The notes under the pieces were generated by a model. That model worked only from the letters and a program-made list of their open reading frames with translations. It did not search any database and was not told where the DNA came from. A program made the translations under genes and the position numbers. A stretch of 59,243 nt of DNA from Minisyncoccota bacterium (GTDB lineage: Bacteria > Patescibacteriota > Minisyncoccia > UBA6257 > 1-14-0-10-40-38), in NCBI GenBank assembly GCA_009694925.1, contig SIBX01000001.1, forward strand, positions 1-59,243, read 5' to 3'. Shown here in pieces: positions 33,427-42,554 of the stretch. Every line of letters starts with the position of its first letter. The first letter of the stretch is position 1.

Positions 33427-33483
33427 GGTTTGTTTAACTTTTTAGCTTGAAATTTTATTTTAGGTTAAAAAGTTAAACAAACC
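33427..33483. repeat. perfect 17-bp AT-rich inverted repeat just upstream of the J2 SD
   Basis: ggtttgtttaacttttt-(23 nt)-aaaaagttaaacaaacc. No T-run on either side. It ends 10 nt before AAGGAG. Confidence 0.7.
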
Positions 33484-33508
33484 CGAAACCAAGAAGGAGC
33501 AAGAGACA

Positions 33509-34234
33509 ATGGCGAACTTCGCATTGAGCAAGACCTTTCAGATGATCGTTGACTACGATCTTCGACCGGGAGAGCTGATTGCTTATTCCGGTGTCCAGGA
33601 AGTCGCCAATTGGCAAGAGATGGATAGCGCGTTCTATCATCTCGCCAACGACCGCAGCAAGTTCCCTTGCGGGAACGAGCACCTGGTCCGGTATGAGGCG
33701 CGTGTGAGCACTCGCCAACCCTTCGTCAGCGGAGACGAGAGGCAGGTTCTGGTTGATGCGGCTATCGTTACGTTGAACGAGCCGATCAACGAGCGCCGAG
33801 ATCCTCCACGGGAGAGCGATGACCTCCACGACTTCGTCCAAGAAGTCGAGCGGATGGGCTATCGCCAAGCCAACTTCCGAGAAGTTCTAACTCTCGGCAG
33901 CGTGGCACTTCTTCCCGAGGAGCTTCTGACGCCCTTCGCCTTGATTGGTAGCAGTTTCCATGTTGACTGGAAACTGTCCAGGCAGGTGTTGGGCGAGAGC
34001 TGGGGAGGGAAGTTTCCGCTCCTGGCTCTTGGCGCTGGATGGGTCGACTGCACTGGAGGAGAAGTTGTCACTCCCTGCTTCGAGTTCGTCCGTGGCCGTC
34101 GCGCTCTGTCGTTCCAGGAGTACTTGTGGTGCGGTGTTGAGATCAGCACCAGGTACCGCATCCTCGTTATCAAGAGGACAGACGGACCCGCGACGATTGT
34201 GGCCAACCCACTTCCTCGCGACCGGAGTGTCTAA
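33509..34234 (+). CDS. GC-rich orphan protein (241 aa)
   Basis: AAGGAG lies 9 nt upstream of the ATG. The ORF spans the island with G/C-ending codons. Hairpins follow the stop. No family recognised by eye. Confidence 0.7.
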   Translation: MANFALSKTFQMIVDYDLRPGELIAYSGVQEVANWQEMDSAFYHLANDRSKFPCGNEHLVRYEARVSTRQPFVSGDERQVLVDAAIVTLNEPINERRDPPRESDDLHDFVQEVERMGYRQANFREVLTLGSVALLPEELLTPFALIGSSFHVDWKLSRQVLGESWGGKFPLLALGAGWVDCTGGEVVTPCFEFVRGRRALSFQEYLWCGVEISTRYRILVIKRTDGPATIVANPLPRDRSV

Positions 34235-34273
34235 CTTGTAATGAGTGGTGTCGCGCACAGCGACACTGAAAAA

Positions 34274-34318
34274 TCCCCCGTGGAAGATTGCAAAAATCTC
34301 CCGGGGGAATTCTATTTT
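34274..34318. terminator. hairpin region between J2 and the convergent 34322..35641 gene
   Basis: gtgtcgc-gcaca-gcgacac (34248-34266), then tcccccg-(21 nt)-cggggga with T/A-rich flanks. Confidence 0.55.
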
Positions 34319-34321
34319 ATA

Positions 34322-35641
34322 CTACTTTTTTTCCTTATTTTGTTTTGATTCAATATAAGTCGCAATATGTCTATATTGATAAGGTTTTAAGATTGCAAAA
34401 AGTGAGTAGGTTTTTAAATAATCATCATTTTCTAATCTTTTTGCGTATTTCATATTTAAAATAATATTTTTATATATATTTACAAAAACATCCTTAAAAT
34501 CTTTAAGCAGTTTTTTATAAAAATCCAAAAGATCATCATCTTTTTCACCCTTAATCTCATTTTCTAAAAATTCAACAAATCTACCAGCATCTTTTCCAGC
34601 AGTACTTAGATTATTACTTGCATTCTCAAAATTAAAATCTAAATTAGTACTAAACTTAGCATTACGCGAAGAATTATTAAAGATTGCCATAGATAAAGCT
34701 TCTTGGGTCCACATGTCAAAATATTCCGAATACGTATTTTTAACCGTCGCCATTATTTCGTTATGTGAATCATCGATTATCTCTTTAAAACTCGTTCCCA
34801 TTATTAATCCTTTTTCATTATCTATTATATTTTTTGGAGCATTAAGATTAACTAATCTTTTATACCTTTCAATCCTATTTTTGATATGGTTAATATTACT
34901 AGTACTCATAGAAAAAACTCCATCTAACAAATTGTGAATTTTTTCATGCTCTATAGTAATGTCTCTGCGTTTAATATTTTCGTTATTTTTAACAACACTA
35001 TATGGAGTATTCCCAATATGATAGCCACCACAATATCTTTTATTTATAGCAATTTCGTCGTCTGTCAAAAACACAATATCAAATGGACCACGTGAAAATT
35101 CTTCACCTGTCAACATTTCACCCTCTTCCTTTCTTGTTTTTATATCTTCTAAAAAGAATCCTTCTTTATCTTGATTTTCTTTAATAAATTTATTTTTTAC
35201 AATCAAATCTTCTATAATTCTCTCTAATTCAATTAGAAAATAAACATCATCATTCTTTTCTATATCAATCATTTCTCCGCAAACTATTTCATTTTCTAAT
35301 ATTCTTTCATTACTTAAGTCTGTGTCTGAACTTTCAAGCTCATAAGAGATTTCTTTAAATTTTAAATATAAAAGATTATATTTATCTAACATAAAACCCA
35401 TCTCCTCACTAAAAGAGGTTTTTATATTTTTTAAATAATCTCTCAATTTTAATCTCACTTCTTCGTGCGGTGTTTCTAAACTAATAGAGTCCGTAAGTTT
35501 TTTAAATTCGGCAATTATTTCTGCTTTTTTATCTAATTTTTCTATAATTGCATCTTTTCTAGATTCCCAATCATCTCCATACTCTAGAGTTTTTTTAACA
35601 ACAAGCTGTTCTGGTTTAAGTTCTGGATTTTCTATAGACAT
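34322..35641 (-). CDS. hypothetical protein (439 aa) with HExxH motif (possible metallopeptidase)
   Basis: DITIEHEKIHNLLDG contains HEKIH. AT-rich host-like composition. Confidence 0.55.
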   Translation of the reverse strand: MSIENPELKPEQLVVKKTLEYGDDWESRKDAIIEKLDKKAEIIAEFKKLTDSISLETPHEEVRLKLRDYLKNIKTSFSEEMGFMLDKYNLLYLKFKEISYELESSDTDLSNERILENEIVCGEMIDIEKNDDVYFLIELERIIEDLIVKNKFIKENQDKEGFFLEDIKTRKEEGEMLTGEEFSRGPFDIVFLTDDEIAINKRYCGGYHIGNTPYSVVKNNENIKRRDITIEHEKIHNLLDGVFSMSTSNINHIKNRIERYKRLVNLNAPKNIIDNEKGLIMGTSFKEIIDDSHNEIMATVKNTYSEYFDMWTQEALSMAIFNNSSRNAKFSTNLDFNFENASNNLSTAGKDAGRFVEFLENEIKGEKDDDLLDFYKKLLKDFKDVFVNIYKNIILNMKYAKRLENDDYLKTYSLFAILKPYQYRHIATYIESKQNKEKK

Positions 35642-35647
35642 ATTTTT

Positions 35648-36763
35648 TTATTTTAAGTTCTCTATAATAGCAATTTCCAATGGTATAAAAGAAAAAGGAG
35701 AATATCTCATTTCCGAATATGCTCTTATAAAAGACTTTAATAAATTAATCAAAAACTTCTCATCAGCACCAACTGAAAGCGTTTTTAATTTCGCCAATTC
35801 CGTACTAGTAAATTCTTCTATAAATATTTTTTCAAAATCAGGATTTGCTTTTAAGGCCAGAATTTTTCTCAAGAAATGGATTAATTCTTTAGTAGAATCA
35901 ACAATATTTAATCCATTATTATAAATCGCATTTACTGCCTCAATAGATTCTTTGGTTTTTTTATTTAATACTAGCTCTGCTAAATTAGAAATCTTTTTAA
36001 AGCCTGCCTTTCCCAGAATAGACTCAATTTTATCAGCCGTAATTTTCTCTTCTAAGCTTCCCATCTGGTCTAAAATAGATTCTGCATCTCTAAATCCGCC
36101 TTCTGCCGTTTCGGCAATAAGCTCTAGTGCCTCGTCTTCTATGTCTATTTTTTCAATCTTCGCAATATCTTTTAATTTTTTAAAAAGCTTCTGAATCGGA
36201 ATTTTTCTAAAATTAAACTTTTGCACTCGGCTCATGATAGTTCCAGGAACTTTTTCATATTCAGTTGTGGCCAAAATAAATACTGCATGAGCTGGTGGCT
36301 CTTCCAATGTCTTTAAGAGTGCATTAAAAGCCTCCTTAGTTAATTGATGAACTTCGTCTATGATAAAAACTTTATATTTTGAAGAGGTTGGGGAAAGTTT
36401 AATAGATTCTTTCAGGTCTCTAATTTCGTCTATGCCTCGGTTTGAGGCTGCATCCATTTCCACCACATCTAATGATTTTCCAGAATCAACATCTATACAC
36501 TTAGGACATTCATTGCAGGGTTCTCCTTTTGCAAAAAACTTCTGATTCTGTTGGCGAGTTTCGCAATTTAATATTTTAGCCAAGATTCTAGCTACGGTTG
36601 TTTTTCCTGTTCCACGACTGCCGTAAAAAAGATAAGCATGCGAAATTCTGTCCTGAATTGCCGCATTTTTCAGCGTTTCAGTAATATGATCTTCGCCTAA
36701 GACGTCTTCCAATTTTTTAGGTCTATATTTTCTATATAAAGCTCCTCCTTTCATAAACACCAT
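35648..36763 (-). CDS. dnaX: DNA polymerase III subunit gamma/tau (short form)
   Basis: YRKYRPKK, GSRGTGKTT Walker A, the zinc module CNECPKC, IIDEVH, and the SRVQKF sensor. Confidence 0.9.
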   Translation of the reverse strand: MVFMKGGALYRKYRPKKLEDVLGEDHITETLKNAAIQDRISHAYLFYGSRGTGKTTVARILAKILNCETRQQNQKFFAKGEPCNECPKCIDVDSGKSLDVVEMDAASNRGIDEIRDLKESIKLSPTSSKYKVFIIDEVHQLTKEAFNALLKTLEEPPAHAVFILATTEYEKVPGTIMSRVQKFNFRKIPIQKLFKKLKDIAKIEKIDIEDEALELIAETAEGGFRDAESILDQMGSLEEKITADKIESILGKAGFKKISNLAELVLNKKTKESIEAVNAIYNNGLNIVDSTKELIHFLRKILALKANPDFEKIFIEEFTSTELAKLKTLSVGADEKFLINLLKSFIRAYSEMRYSPFSFIPLEIAIIENLK

Positions 36764-36852
36764 TCTAGCAAGTCTTATTGTTTTAGTGAAGTTTGTTTTT
36801 TAAACTAACAACCCAACTTTTAATCTAATAAGCGAGTGTTAAACTTAATCTT

Positions 36853-38088
36853 ATGGAGAGAAAATCGTTTTTAAGCATATTAATTATCGCGGTATTTTTT
36901 TCTATATATTTTTTATTTATTAAAAGTGAAAAAACACTAGCTCCGATAGAAATCGAACTCGATAATTCTACTCAGAACAAAAAAGAATTATTAGAAGGTA
37001 AGTTAAGTAATTCCATAAAAATAACAGAACCCAAAAAAGAAATTGACCAAAGTTTAATATTAACAATAAACACCAGCTCAAATCACATAGAAACCCCAGA
37101 AGAAGTTCATGGGCTTTATTTTACCTCCTTATTTTTTAATCAAAAATATTTTTTAGATTTTGTTCGTAATATGAAAACATCTAACAAAATTAATACGTTA
37201 ATAATAGACGTAAAAGATTTAGACGGATTTGTTGCATATGATTCAAAAGTTAAAGAAGTTATAGACTATAAAACTAAAAAAAATATTATTAAGGATATTA
37301 AAAAGAAAATAGAAGATCTTCATAAAGAAGGTTTTTATCTTATAGCCAGAATCAATGTTTTTAATGATCAGGCAGTTGCTCAGTCTCGCCCAGAGCTAAC
37401 TTTAAAATCTAATTCCGGAGAGCCGTGGAAAACAGATAAGGGGGCGTTCTGGTTAAATCCAGACAGCGAAAAAGTTTGGATATATAACACCAATCTGGGA
37501 ATAGAGGCCTATAATTTAGGTTTCGACGAAATTAATTTTGACTATATAAGATTCCCTTCAGAGGGGAACATGGAAGATTTAAATTTAGGAGAAATAACCG
37601 GTTATTCTTCAACTATTCAAAGATTTTCTTCTTTTTTAAGAAATCAATTTAAAAACATAAAAATATCTGCCGATATTTTTGCATACTCCTTAATAGAAAA
37701 AAATAATTTAGGAATCGGACAGAAATATGAAGATTTTTTCCCGTATTTTGATTATATTTGCCCAATGATGTATCCGTCTCATTATAATAAAAATTTTTTA
37801 GGTTTTGAAAATTCTGCGCTTCACCCATATGAAGTTGTAAGATATTCTTTAATAATTGGGAAAAATCGTGCATTAGATTTTTTTAAAAACAATCCAGACA
37901 AAAATCTATCATTTAAAATGAGGCCTTGGTTTCAATCGTTTAGTCTGGGTGATTATTACGATAAAAATATGATTCAAAGCCAAATTACAGCCCTTAATGA
38001 TGAGGTCTCCATAAATAAAGATTTTTGGAACGGATGGTTATTATGGGATGCATCAAATATTTATAGTAATTTTTCTGCTTTAAAATAA
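36853..38088 (+). CDS. putative TIM-barrel glycoside-hydrolase-like protein (GHL/DUF4015-like), membrane anchored
   Basis: N-terminal TM segment, IIDVKD.DG, INFDYIRFP and CPMMYPSHY resemble the GHL family. Tentative. Confidence 0.5.
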   Translation: MERKSFLSILIIAVFFSIYFLFIKSEKTLAPIEIELDNSTQNKKELLEGKLSNSIKITEPKKEIDQSLILTINTSSNHIETPEEVHGLYFTSLFFNQKYFLDFVRNMKTSNKINTLIIDVKDLDGFVAYDSKVKEVIDYKTKKNIIKDIKKKIEDLHKEGFYLIARINVFNDQAVAQSRPELTLKSNSGEPWKTDKGAFWLNPDSEKVWIYNTNLGIEAYNLGFDEINFDYIRFPSEGNMEDLNLGEITGYSSTIQRFSSFLRNQFKNIKISADIFAYSLIEKNNLGIGQKYEDFFPYFDYICPMMYPSHYNKNFLGFENSALHPYEVVRYSLIIGKNRALDFFKNNPDKNLSFKMRPWFQSFSLGDYYDKNMIQSQITALNDEVSINKDFWNGWLLWDASNIYSNFSALK

Positions 38089-38089
38089 A

Positions 38090-38860
38090 ATGAGTGAATA
38101 TCTAGTAAAATTTAAAAATTTTGAAGGACCGTTATATAAACTTTTAGAATTAATAGAAGAAAAGCATCTGGAGATAACAGAGATGAGTTTAGGGGCCGTG
38201 ACTTCGGATTTTTTAGATTTTTTAAGAAAGTCCGAAACCGGCATGCCGAGCGATATCATTTCAGATTTTTTAGTTATTGCGTCACGATTGATTTTGATAA
38301 AGTCTAAGGAATTAATTCCAGGAGTTGAGCTTAAAAAATCAGAAGATTTTGAAATAAAAGACCTTGAAAATCGCCTCAAGATTTATAGAGAATTTTTATT
38401 ACGCGCAAAAGTAGGCGATTCTCGTCGTCCAGGTGCCGCATATATTTTAAGGGGAGTATTGAGTAGTGGCCTATCTTTCTCTTCAAGGGGATATTTAAGG
38501 GGTGTTTGGAAAAGCCCAATTTTTATCTTTCCTAATAAAATATCTTTAGAAGTTTTAAAAAGAACAGCAGAAAAAGTTTTTATCTTGGAAGATTTTAAAA
38601 TAAAAGACCCCGAAGGGGCTGTGAAAAAGTTAGTTATTAGATTAGAGGAAAAAATAATTGAACTTTTAGATCGTCTTAATAAAAACGGGAAGAATAGCTT
38701 TAATTTATTAACTAAAACTAGGCCAAAAATGGAAATTATAGTTTTATTTTTAGCAGTTTTACATTTAGCTAGAGATAGAAAATTAAAGTTTGAGCAAAAA
38801 GAAAAATTTGGTGATATAATTTTAGAAAAGGAAGAAGAATTAATTTCAAAAGAAGGTTAA
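38090..38860 (+). CDS. scpA: segregation and condensation protein A
   Basis: FEGPLYKLLELIEEKHLEITEMSLGAVTSDFL N-terminus. Followed by scpB. Confidence 0.85.
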   Translation: MSEYLVKFKNFEGPLYKLLELIEEKHLEITEMSLGAVTSDFLDFLRKSETGMPSDIISDFLVIASRLILIKSKELIPGVELKKSEDFEIKDLENRLKIYREFLLRAKVGDSRRPGAAYILRGVLSSGLSFSSRGYLRGVWKSPIFIFPNKISLEVLKRTAEKVFILEDFKIKDPEGAVKKLVIRLEEKIIELLDRLNKNGKNSFNLLTKTRPKMEIIVLFLAVLHLARDRKLKFEQKEKFGDIILEKEEELISKEG

Positions 38861-38868
38861 ATTTTTAA

Positions 38869-39465
38869 ATGGAAACTGAAAACTTAAAAAAAATAAGCCT
38901 GATCAGTAAAATTGAGGGCATACTTTTCGCATATGGGGAGGCGATATCAAAAGATAAATTAATATCCCTGCTTTTTGTAGAAAAAAGCGAATCTCCAGAC
39001 TTAGAATTAGAATTTAATTCAGCCGTAACAGAGTTAAAATTAAAATATGAGTCAGATTCAAATTCTGGTCTTTGTGTTTTAGAGTCAAATAATAAGTTTG
39101 AACTAGTCGCCAAATCAGAATTGGGCCCAATCATTAATTCATTAATAAAAAACGAGATGGAAGGCGATCTTTCGGAAAGTGCATTAGAGGTTCTCTCAAT
39201 TATTGTTTATGGAGGGCCAATAGAAAAACATTTAATAGATTATATTCGAGGAGTAAACTCTTCTCTTGCTATAAAAAATTTAGAAATGCGCGGTCTTGTA
39301 GAAAAAAAGTCTCAAGAAGATAAAAGTATATTTAAATATTTGCCATCAACAGATCTAATTTGTAGATTAGGAGTTTCTAAGCTAGAAGACACTCCCGATC
39401 ATGAACGGTTTAAAAAATTAGTCGAATCGGCCAAGGCAAATTTTTTATCCCAGAATGTTAAATAG
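38869..39465 (+). CDS. scpB: segregation and condensation protein B
   Basis: IEGILFAYGEAIS..., SESALEVLSIIVYGGPI, and IRGV.S winged-helix repeats. Confidence 0.85.
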   Translation: METENLKKISLISKIEGILFAYGEAISKDKLISLLFVEKSESPDLELEFNSAVTELKLKYESDSNSGLCVLESNNKFELVAKSELGPIINSLIKNEMEGDLSESALEVLSIIVYGGPIEKHLIDYIRGVNSSLAIKNLEMRGLVEKKSQEDKSIFKYLPSTDLICRLGVSKLEDTPDHERFKKLVESAKANFLSQNVK

Positions 39466-40516
39466 TAAAACTAAGGTTTTTTCGCTGTGTTTAGTGATTT
39501 TGTCCATTACATTAATTTCTCATTTTTTGATATTCGAAAAATTTAAAAACAAAAACAACGACACCTACAAAGCCAGTCTTATAGATGTGGGTTTATTTGA
39601 GTTTAATAATAAATCATTATTACAAAGCACAAATACAGAAGCATATAAAAAACAGTCTTTTGAAAGTTATAAAAAATCATCAACCTATTTCAAACCAGAA
39701 ACAAAAGAGGCTCCTATAAAAAAAACAAAGCTAGTAAATACTAAAAAAGCTATTTCTGCTCCTAAAGAAGATAGTGACAATCCAATTTTATTAGCTCATT
39801 CAATTTTATTAAAAGATCTAACCTCTGGCGAAATTCTTATGAAAAGAAACGAGCTAGATTCTTGGCCAATGGCTTCCTTAACCAAACTCATGACGGCAAC
39901 TATTGCATTAGAGAACATGGACCTAACTTCTAAAATTTTAATCACTAAAAACTCTGCTGATCAATCTAGTAATCTTCTTTTTAAGGTCGGAGAGTATTAT
40001 TCAGTCATAGATATGATAAAGGCCTCATTAATTCTTTCTAATAACGCATCTGCCTTAGCTTTAGCCGAAGGTTTTGGATATGAAAAATTTATAAACCTTA
40101 TGCAATCTAAAGCAAATTTTTTAGGCATGAAAAATTCAAAGTTTTTTGAACCAACCGGTCTTTCTCCATTAAATAAATCTACCGCATTAGATTTTGAAAT
40201 CTTGGCTAAATACATTTATACAAATCATAAAGAAATTTTAGACATAACTACCGAGAAAATATCCTCAATAAAAGAAATAACTTCTGGGTCAGACAAGGTT
40301 CTCAATAGCACTAATATATTTGCAGGAGAAAATTATTTTATAGGAGGCAAAACTGGATATACCTTAGAGGCTCAGGGTAATTTATTTTCAATATTTAAGG
40401 CTGGAAATAAAGTCTTATTAAGTATAGTATTAGGCTCAAAATCTAAATTTGAAGATACTCAAAAGATATATATTTTAAGTCTAAGAAAGCTATTGGGCCT
40501 TTCGGCTTCAAAATAG
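39455..40516 (+). CDS. D-alanyl-D-alanine carboxypeptidase (S11, PBP5-like)
   Basis: SLTK (SxxK), SNN (SxN) and KTGYT (KTG) motifs, with an N-terminal anchor. Confidence 0.8.
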   Translation: MLNSKTKVFSLCLVILSITLISHFLIFEKFKNKNNDTYKASLIDVGLFEFNNKSLLQSTNTEAYKKQSFESYKKSSTYFKPETKEAPIKKTKLVNTKKAISAPKEDSDNPILLAHSILLKDLTSGEILMKRNELDSWPMASLTKLMTATIALENMDLTSKILITKNSADQSSNLLFKVGEYYSVIDMIKASLILSNNASALALAEGFGYEKFINLMQSKANFLGMKNSKFFEPTGLSPLNKSTALDFEILAKYIYTNHKEILDITTEKISSIKEITSGSDKVLNSTNIFAGENYFIGGKTGYTLEAQGNLFSIFKAGNKVLLSIVLGSKSKFEDTQKIYILSLRKLLGLSASK

Positions 40517-40531
40517 GTTTTATTTAAAAAA

Positions 40532-41572
40532 ATGATCACCCTGCAGGTTGTTAAAGTTTTAATAGTTTCCATCATATCCTTTCTTTTTGCTTTTATTTTT
40601 GCGCCATTCGTTTATAAAACACTTGTAAATATAAAGGCCGGAAAAAGAATTCGCTCCAAAGAAGAGGCGCCAATTATGTCCGCCTTGCACGAAAAAAAAG
40701 CCGGCGTTCCAACAATGGCAGGTGTTTTGATTTGGGGAACAGTAACTATCATTGCAATTTTCCTTTCAATTATGAATGCCTTGTTTGACGGGTTTTGGGG
40801 ATATATGAATTTTATAAGTCGACCAGAAACATACCTGCCTCTAGCCGCAATGATTATTGCTGGTCTTTTGGGATTGCTAGACGATTTTATAGGCGTCTTT
40901 AAGATTAAAAATTCTAGTGGTCTAAAAATAAAACATAAATTAATTGCCTATTTATTTTTGGGAGTTATAGGCGCCTCTTGGTTTTATTTTAAGTTAGGAT
41001 GGGATACTTTAATGATTCCATTTATAGGAAACATAGCGGTCGGCTGGCTTTATATTCCAATTTTTATATTTGTGATTATTGCTAGCACTTTTTCTGCCAA
41101 CGAAACAGATGGCCTAGACGGCCTTTTAGGGGGAACATCGCTTTTTAGTTATATTGCTTTAACCATAGTAGCTTTCGTGCTTGAAAAATATAATTTAGCC
41201 GCCTTTGGTGGGGCGATGATAGGTTCTTTGTTGGCTTTTCTCTGGTTTAATATTCACCCTGCTAAATTCATAATGGGCGACACCGGATCAATGCCTATTG
41301 GAATGACTCTAGGGGTTATAGCGATGCTCACAAACACAACCTTAATTCTGCCATTTTTTGCATTTATCTTTGTCTTAGAATCAGCTTCGGTTATAATTCA
41401 GGTTGCGAGTAAAAAGTTTAGAGGCAAAAAAGTTTTTCTTTCTGCTCCGATTCATCATCACTTCGAAGCCTTAGGTTGGGGAGAAGCAAGAGTTACAATG
41501 AGGTTTTGGATAATTTCTGCCATGACTTCAACCATTGGATTAATAATCTTCTTTTTAAATCGTTATCTATAA
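40532..41572 (+). CDS. mraY: phospho-N-acetylmuramoyl-pentapeptide transferase
   Basis: GLLDDFIG, NETDGLDGL, GDTGSM, APIHHHFE. Confidence 0.93.
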   Translation: MITLQVVKVLIVSIISFLFAFIFAPFVYKTLVNIKAGKRIRSKEEAPIMSALHEKKAGVPTMAGVLIWGTVTIIAIFLSIMNALFDGFWGYMNFISRPETYLPLAAMIIAGLLGLLDDFIGVFKIKNSSGLKIKHKLIAYLFLGVIGASWFYFKLGWDTLMIPFIGNIAVGWLYIPIFIFVIIASTFSANETDGLDGLLGGTSLFSYIALTIVAFVLEKYNLAAFGGAMIGSLLAFLWFNIHPAKFIMGDTGSMPIGMTLGVIAMLTNTTLILPFFAFIFVLESASVIIQVASKKFRGKKVFLSAPIHHHFEALGWGEARVTMRFWIISAMTSTIGLIIFFLNRYL

Positions 41573-41581
41573 AATAAAATT

Positions 41582-42457
41582 ATGAATTTTTTCAAACAAA
41601 TTAAGTCTTCTATCTACGATCCTAAATTTTATAAAGACCTAGAGGGTGAAACTGTTTTTTCTTCGATTAAATATTTTTTTAAACTATCATTTTTTTTAGC
41701 GCTAATTTTTACGATTATCAGCGGTCTTTTTAATTTATCTTTTTTTTCAGATACTAAAAAACTCATTAATGACAGTTTTTCCAGTATTCCAGAGGATCTT
41801 GAAATAAATATATATAGTGATAAAGGATTAATTGAATCAAACAAAAAAGAGCCATATTTTTTAAACGAAACCGCAATCATTAATAATAATGAAAATATTA
41901 AAAAATTAAATTCATCTCATATCTTAACCGTTGATACTAATCAAAACTTATCTGTTGATGCCTTAGATAAATATAATTCCATTATTTCCGTATTTAAAGA
42001 TTCTATTGCCTTTCATAATTCAGAAGATGGTGATATAAGAATTTATAAGGCAAAAGATTTACCAGACTTAAAAATTTCAAAAGACGAAGTACATAAGTGG
42101 AGAGATACGTTTTTAAGATTTTGGCCACTTATAGCAGTGCTAATTAATTTAATAATGTTTTTTATTTTGATTATTTATTCCATAAAATATTTATTAGGGG
42201 CATTGGTTCTAGGGTTGGTTATATTTTTACTTTTGAAATTTGAAAAGAAAGATATTTCTTTTAAGTATTCTTTTAAAATTAGCCTTCATTTATTAACAAT
42301 ATTAATTATTTTAGATGCCCTTATGAACTCCTTTACTAACTATGGCTTCAGTTTCTCAAATGGATATTTTTCTACTGCAATTTTAGCCTTAATTATTTTT
42401 TTAAATCTTAAAAATTTCAAAAAAGAAGATAAAATAGATACGGGATTGCCTCTATAG
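41582..42457 (+). CDS. hypothetical polytopic membrane protein
   Basis: Several TM segments. AT-rich. No motif recognised. Confidence 0.6.
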   Translation: MNFFKQIKSSIYDPKFYKDLEGETVFSSIKYFFKLSFFLALIFTIISGLFNLSFFSDTKKLINDSFSSIPEDLEINIYSDKGLIESNKKEPYFLNETAIINNNENIKKLNSSHILTVDTNQNLSVDALDKYNSIISVFKDSIAFHNSEDGDIRIYKAKDLPDLKISKDEVHKWRDTFLRFWPLIAVLINLIMFFILIIYSIKYLLGALVLGLVIFLLLKFEKKDISFKYSFKISLHLLTILIILDALMNSFTNYGFSFSNGYFSTAILALIIFLNLKNFKKEDKIDTGLPL

Positions 42458-42554
42458 CGTCGTCTTGTTTTTGATAGTCAAATTACCCAATTTTGACATT
42501 AGGGTGCATTTTATTTTTTTGTTATAATTAATAAAATCATCTCTAGATAAAAAG

